A stretch of 59,211 nucleotides of DNA, taken from the IMG/VR virus record IMGVR_UViG_3300042857_000012, positions 1-59,211 of that record; one strand, given 5' to 3'. The position numbers and the translations under genes are program-made. The DNA comes from a virus. Taxonomy: Duplodnaviria > Caudoviricetes. The first letter of the stretch is position 1; every line of letters starts with the position of its first letter. This document shows, one piece after another, positions 55,296 to 59,211 of the stretch. The notes beneath the pieces are model-generated. The model worked only from the letters and a program-made list of their open reading frames with translations. It was not told the origin of the DNA and ran no database searches.

Positions 55296-55589
55296 ATGCA
55301 GCCGGTGCACCTTCCCGGTGATCAGTGCACCGTCCATGGCTACCACTGGCCCCCCGTCCGCCGCACCGTGGTTCACCATCTGATGCCGCGCGGTATGGGA
55401 GGCCCGGACACCGCCGAGAACCGGGTCAACATCTGCGGCACCGGCCACGACACCATCCACACCAACATCCACACCCTGTGCCTTCACGGACCTGACGCGC
55501 CGCTGGTCGGTACGCGGGCGGAGCGGGCGCTGGCCCTGCGCGGCTACCAGGCGTGGATCGACGCGGGCAAGCCGGGGCATCCGGAGTGA
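55296..55589 (+). CDS. HNH endonuclease (possibly terminase-associated)
   Basis: HH.MPRGMGGPD..ENRVNICGTGHD.IH. Confidence 0.75.
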   Translation: MQPVHLPGDQCTVHGYHWPPVRRTVVHHLMPRGMGGPDTAENRVNICGTGHDTIHTNIHTLCLHGPDAPLVGTRAERALALRGYQAWIDAGKPGHPE

Positions 55590-55828
55590 TCCAGCCCTGC
55601 GACCACCCGAACGCAGCTCAGCACAAGGGCCACCGCTACTACCAAGGCGGCTCCATGGACGGGACCGTGCAGCACCTCGTCTACGCCGCCCCGAGCGACT
55701 ACCCGCAGACCTTCGGCACGGTGCTCCGTGACGGGCAGCGGTCCTGGTATGAGATCGACTACGAGGCCAGCGAGGGGACCGAGGCGGTGTACCGGTTCAT
55801 CGGCGCAGGCCGAGAGTTCCCGCGGTGA
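55586..55828 (+). CDS. hypothetical protein
   Basis: GTGA overlaps; GGSMDG..Y..YRF.G. Confidence 0.55.
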   Translation: MIQPCDHPNAAQHKGHRYYQGGSMDGTVQHLVYAAPSDYPQTFGTVLRDGQRSWYEIDYEASEGTEAVYRFIGAGREFPR

Positions 55829-56106
55829 TCGCCGCCGGCCAGCACGTCGCAGCGTCGACCACCTGGACCTACGACGTCACCCGAGGCGCCGACCTCCCCG
55901 AGCGTGAGGGCCGCCGCATCGGCCTGTGGCTCCTCGCCCACGGCCTGGACCCGTACCGCGTCCACCGCCCCCGCATCGTCGCCACGGACCGTGAGGCTGT
56001 GCTGGTGGTGGACATCGCCGTGGACCTGCCGGACGGGTCGGTCGGCTACTCGCAGCGGCACGTCGACATGCGCACCCCGCCGCCGGTTCCGTGGACCGCC
56101 CTGTGA
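55825..56106 (+). CDS. hypothetical protein
   Basis: WL.AHGLDP; resembles 57099..57386. Confidence 0.55.
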   Translation: MIAAGQHVAASTTWTYDVTRGADLPEREGRRIGLWLLAHGLDPYRVHRPRIVATDREAVLVVDIAVDLPDGSVGYSQRHVDMRTPPPVPWTAL

Positions 56107-56119
56107 CGAGAGGCCGCCC

Positions 56120-56941
56120 GTGTACACCCGCCTGATCCCGGCCACCGACCCGCGGCTTGGGCGGCATGTAAGCCACGATGACCGGTCGCTGCGGTACGCC
56201 GCCCCTGTCCTGCCCCGGGGCGCGCTGCAGGCGCAGCAGTGGACCCGCCGCTGCCCCGTCCTGGATCAGGGATCGCTCGGCAGCTGTTGCGGCAACGCCG
56301 CCGCCGGTTGGGTGGGTACCGACAACATCGCCCGCGAAGGCGACCCGGACGTGGACGAGACGCTGGCGCTGGACCTGTACCACTGGGCGACGGTGTTGGA
56401 CGAGTTCGACGGCGTGTATCCCCCGACGGACACCGGAAGTTCGGGGTTGGGTGCGGCGAAGGCGTTGAAGCGGGCCGGGTACTGCATCTCCTACACCCAC
56501 GCGTTCACGTTGCGCGCCCTCGCCACCGTGCTGCAGTCGGGGTCGGCGCTGATAGGCATCCCGTGGCACGACTCGATGTACGAACCCCACGCCGACGGCC
56601 GTATCCCCGTCAACACGGCCAGCCCGCTCGCCGGCGGCCACGAGCTGATCGTGGACGGGTACGGGCCGATGGCCGACCCAGCCCAGGACCGGTACTGGCT
56701 CACAAACAGCTGGGGCACCAGCTGGGGTCAGGACGGCCGCGCGTACCTGACGGGCGTCGACCTCGCGCTGCTGCTCGCCGACGACGGCGACGTCACCGCA
56801 CCCGCTGTGGCCGCTATCGCTGGTGACGCGGACCTGGTGCTGGCCGCGGTGCTACACCCGTGGATCGCGACCCGGCACACCGGCAGCAACGCCACAGCAG
56901 CCCGCGCGGCCGGGGACTGGCTCACGGCGAAGGGACTGTGA
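56120..56941 (+). CDS. papain-family (C1A-like) cysteine peptidase
   Basis: VLDQGSLGSCCGNA, GGHELIVDGY, YWLTNSWGTSWGQDG (Q-C-H-N intact). Confidence 0.88.
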   Translation: MYTRLIPATDPRLGRHVSHDDRSLRYAAPVLPRGALQAQQWTRRCPVLDQGSLGSCCGNAAAGWVGTDNIAREGDPDVDETLALDLYHWATVLDEFDGVYPPTDTGSSGLGAAKALKRAGYCISYTHAFTLRALATVLQSGSALIGIPWHDSMYEPHADGRIPVNTASPLAGGHELIVDGYGPMADPAQDRYWLTNSWGTSWGQDGRAYLTGVDLALLLADDGDVTAPAVAAIAGDADLVLAAVLHPWIATRHTGSNATAARAAGDWLTAKGL

Positions 56942-56947
56942 CCGGCC

Positions 56948-57121
56948 ATGCCCCGCCGCACGATGCGGGAGGAACGCCGCACCTACCGCCGCCGGCGCTG
57001 CTCCTACACCGAGCCCACCGGGTGGCGGTGCCGTAGCAGGCCCGAGCAGGACAGCGACCGGTGCCTACTCCACGCCGAGCCCGCCGAGGAGGCCCGCTGT
57101 GTCGGTAGTACTGGACCTTGA
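56948..57121 (+). CDS. 57-aa CCCH Zn-finger-like peptide
   Basis: Not in the ORF track; CSYTEPTGWRC..DRCLLH. Confidence 0.45.
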   Translation: MPRRTMREERRTYRRRRCSYTEPTGWRCRSRPEQDSDRCLLHAEPAEEARCVGSTGP

Positions 57122-57386
57122 CGTCCACGATCCCGTCTTGCGTCCGTGGCTAGGCAGCCCGGTCTTGTGTGACTGGATGCGAGAGCTGGGCGTCGACCCT
57201 CGTGCGGTGTACCGCCTGGCCGTCCTCGCCGACGGAGACGGGCAGGTCGAGTTCCACCGCTACGCCACCTGCGACGGCAAGCGGTACAGAGATCCGGGTA
57301 CGGATGATGTGGCGTTGCTGCCGGTGACGACCGTGCCCTTGACGGTGCCCATCCCCACCGAACTGCTGGCCTACCGAACCCGCTGA
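57099..57386 (+). CDS. hypothetical protein
   Basis: GAGGAGG RBS; LCDWM.ELGVDP. Confidence 0.55.
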   Translation: MSVVLDLDVHDPVLRPWLGSPVLCDWMRELGVDPRAVYRLAVLADGDGQVEFHRYATCDGKRYRDPGTDDVALLPVTTVPLTVPIPTELLAYRTR

Positions 57387-57428
57387 GGCGCCAGCCCAGT
57401 AGCGCACGAGGACTGGACGGAGCAGCCG

Positions 57429-57767
57429 ATGGCCACCACCAATGACCAGATCCTCACCGCGCTGAACACGCTCCGCGCCGAGCTCACCGCCGCGCTGACC
57501 ACGGTGCAGGACACCCTCGACGTCACCACCGCCCGAGTCGACCGGCTCCGGGCGCCCCTCGCACGATTGGAGGCGGCCATGGCCGTCACGCAGGCGCAGC
57601 TGGACGCCCTCACGACCCGCATCGACCAGGCCACCGCCGACATCCGCGCCGACATCCAGGCCATCAAGGACGCGCACCCGGACGTGGACGTGTCCCGCCT
57701 GGAGGCGACCGTCGCATCCCTGGAGGGGCTGGACGCCGAGAACCCGGACGCCCCGCCGGCGGGCTGA
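57429..57767 (+). CDS. coiled-coil protein
   Basis: Heptad pattern; GGAG RBS. Confidence 0.6.
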   Translation: MATTNDQILTALNTLRAELTAALTTVQDTLDVTTARVDRLRAPLARLEAAMAVTQAQLDALTTRIDQATADIRADIQAIKDAHPDVDVSRLEATVASLEGLDAENPDAPPAG

Positions 57768-57774
57768 GCACACC

Positions 57775-58866
57775 ATGACCCGGCAGCGGTGGGCGGTCGC
57801 GGTGGCCCTGCTCGCCGCTGCCGTACTCGGGATCGCGGGTGGTGCTGTCGCGTTTCCGCGGGCTCAGGTAGCCGACTCCGGCACGGCGGCGCAGCTGGAC
57901 CGCATCGACGGCAACGCGTACGCCGCATGCGTCAACGCTGCCGGCTCCAGCACGGTGAGGCTGAACCGCTGCTCCGCACCACCGACCACGACCTCGCCGC
58001 CCACGAGTAGCACGCCGGCCACAACCACACCGCCGACAGCCCCTCCCAGTGGCGGCGACTGTGCGTGGCCGGCGTGTTTCCCCACCGCCGCCACGACCGG
58101 TGTCCCGGCCGGGACCGCGCTGGCCGCGGTCGGCACGGACCTCCACGCTGTCGCCGGCGCCACTGTGGACGCCCGTGACATCCAGGGCTCGCTGATCGTG
58201 GACGGCAACGACGTGACCGTGACCCGTTCGCGCATCCACGGGGTGGTGTTCAACTGCGCCGGCTGCCACGGCTTGAGCTTGAGCGACAGCGAGATCACGG
58301 CCCGCCCCGACGAGGACTACTCCACAGGGAACTTCCCGCCGATCACCGGCTCCTACACCCTGACCCGCGTGCACGTGCACCGCTGGCAGGACGGCCCACG
58401 CACCGACCAGGGCACCGCCGTCATCCGCGACTCCCTGGTGGATGAGCTGACCTTCCAGGCCGGGGAGCACCCGGACGGGGTGCAGCAGTACTGCCCGGGC
58501 TGCGAGGTCCACGTCACCCTCGACCACAACACCCTCAGCGGGTGCGCCGGCAACAGCAGCGACAAGGGCAACAGCGCCCTGTTCTGGTCCGACCATCCCG
58601 GCACCGGGAGCACGCTGCTGGCCACGCACAACCGCTTCGCCTGCGGCCAGTACAGCGTCCGCATCAACGACACCGGCAGCGGCATCACCGGCAACCATCC
58701 GGGCGTGACCGTCGAGGTCCGAGACAACACGGTGTCCGCGGGGTCGTACGTCAACGGTCCGGCCGAGTGCGCGCACGGCGTGACCTGGAACGGCACCGAC
58801 GGGGTGAAGTGGTCCGGCAACGTGCTCGACAGCGGCGCGGCCATCCCGATGCCATGCACCGCGTAG
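57775..58866 (+). CDS. secreted right-handed beta-helix (pectin-lyase-like) protein
   Basis: Signal peptide, Pro/Thr linker, FPTAATTGVPAG, NDVTVTRSRI, HPDGVQ, TLDHNTL, V.DN repeats. Confidence 0.75.
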   Translation: MTRQRWAVAVALLAAAVLGIAGGAVAFPRAQVADSGTAAQLDRIDGNAYAACVNAAGSSTVRLNRCSAPPTTTSPPTSSTPATTTPPTAPPSGGDCAWPACFPTAATTGVPAGTALAAVGTDLHAVAGATVDARDIQGSLIVDGNDVTVTRSRIHGVVFNCAGCHGLSLSDSEITARPDEDYSTGNFPPITGSYTLTRVHVHRWQDGPRTDQGTAVIRDSLVDELTFQAGEHPDGVQQYCPGCEVHVTLDHNTLSGCAGNSSDKGNSALFWSDHPGTGSTLLATHNRFACGQYSVRINDTGSGITGNHPGVTVEVRDNTVSAGSYVNGPAECAHGVTWNGTDGVKWSGNVLDSGAAIPMPCTA

Positions 58867-58879
58867 ATCAGGAGGCGCT

Positions 58880-59035
58880 GTGACCCACCCGCTGTACATT
58901 GTGCTGCTCCTCATCGCGGCCGTCCTGTTCGGCCTCGCTGCGCTCAACGTGGCCAGCACTCGCATCAACCTCATCGCGGCCGGGCTGCTGGCGTGGGTGC
59001 TAGTCCCGCTCCTGACCTTGCTGGAGGTGGGCTGA
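58880..59035 (+). CDS. small two-TM membrane protein
   Basis: AGGAGG RBS; LLLIAAVLFGLAA..RINLIAAGLLAWVL. Confidence 0.7.
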   Translation: MTHPLYIVLLLIAAVLFGLAALNVASTRINLIAAGLLAWVLVPLLTLLEVG

Positions 59036-59036
59036 G

Positions 59037-59211
59037 ATGGCTGCCGACCCGCACCCCGGAGATCCTGAGCGGCTCATGGAGTACTGGGCCCACGGCAAGG
59101 GCGCGGCCAAGATCGAGTGGGGCCGGCCAGGTGACTTCGCCCGGTGCATCCGCGAGGTCAACGGGGCCATCGAGCGAGGCGGCGGCAAGCCGCTACCCGA
59201 CCACGAGATCA
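59037..59211 (+). CDS. actinophage hypothetical protein, 3'-truncated
   Basis: GGAGG RBS; L.EYW.HG.GAAKI.WG.PGDF.RC motif. Confidence 0.7.
   Translation, partial: MAADPHPGDPERLMEYWAHGKGAAKIEWGRPGDFARCIREVNGAIERGGGKPLPDHEI

Noticed and set aside
1-59211. Genome-wide TAG recoding
   Set aside because: TAG ends many normal-length genes (tape measure, minor tails, 54111, 58866) and only one clearly intragenic TAG was found

Overview
GC-rich temperate actinobacteriophage (siphovirus-type), spanning most of the genome. The window starts inside the major capsid gene and ends before the terminase/portal genes. Layout: head/neck/tail genes (1-14.5 kb); lysis (14.5-17.3 kb); a ~13 kb leftward accessory arm (17.45-30.5 kb); two membrane genes, attP (3' half of tRNA-Val TAC), tyrosine integrase, repressor and cro (30.5-34.6 kb); a long rightward early arm with Rad52-like annealase, HNH, DUF1643, DUF5131, WhiB, Dam, Rep with iterons and a CoiA-like nuclease (34.6-54.1 kb); and a pre-packaging region with HNH, a papain-like protease and a secreted beta-helix protein. 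Two features stand out. (1) The leftward arm looks like a Streptomyces-plasmid/AICE-style DNA-transfer module carried by a tailed phage: an FtsK/TraB-like ATPase, about 12 membrane proteins, exported NlpC/P60 and SLT hydrolases, two lipoproteins, a dense GTGGACCA repeat cluster, and a second Xer-like recombinase with a dif-like site. (2) An in-frame TAG cuts the endolysin M15 peptidase domain just before its last metal-ligand motif. Family names come from motif recognition by eye, not database searches.
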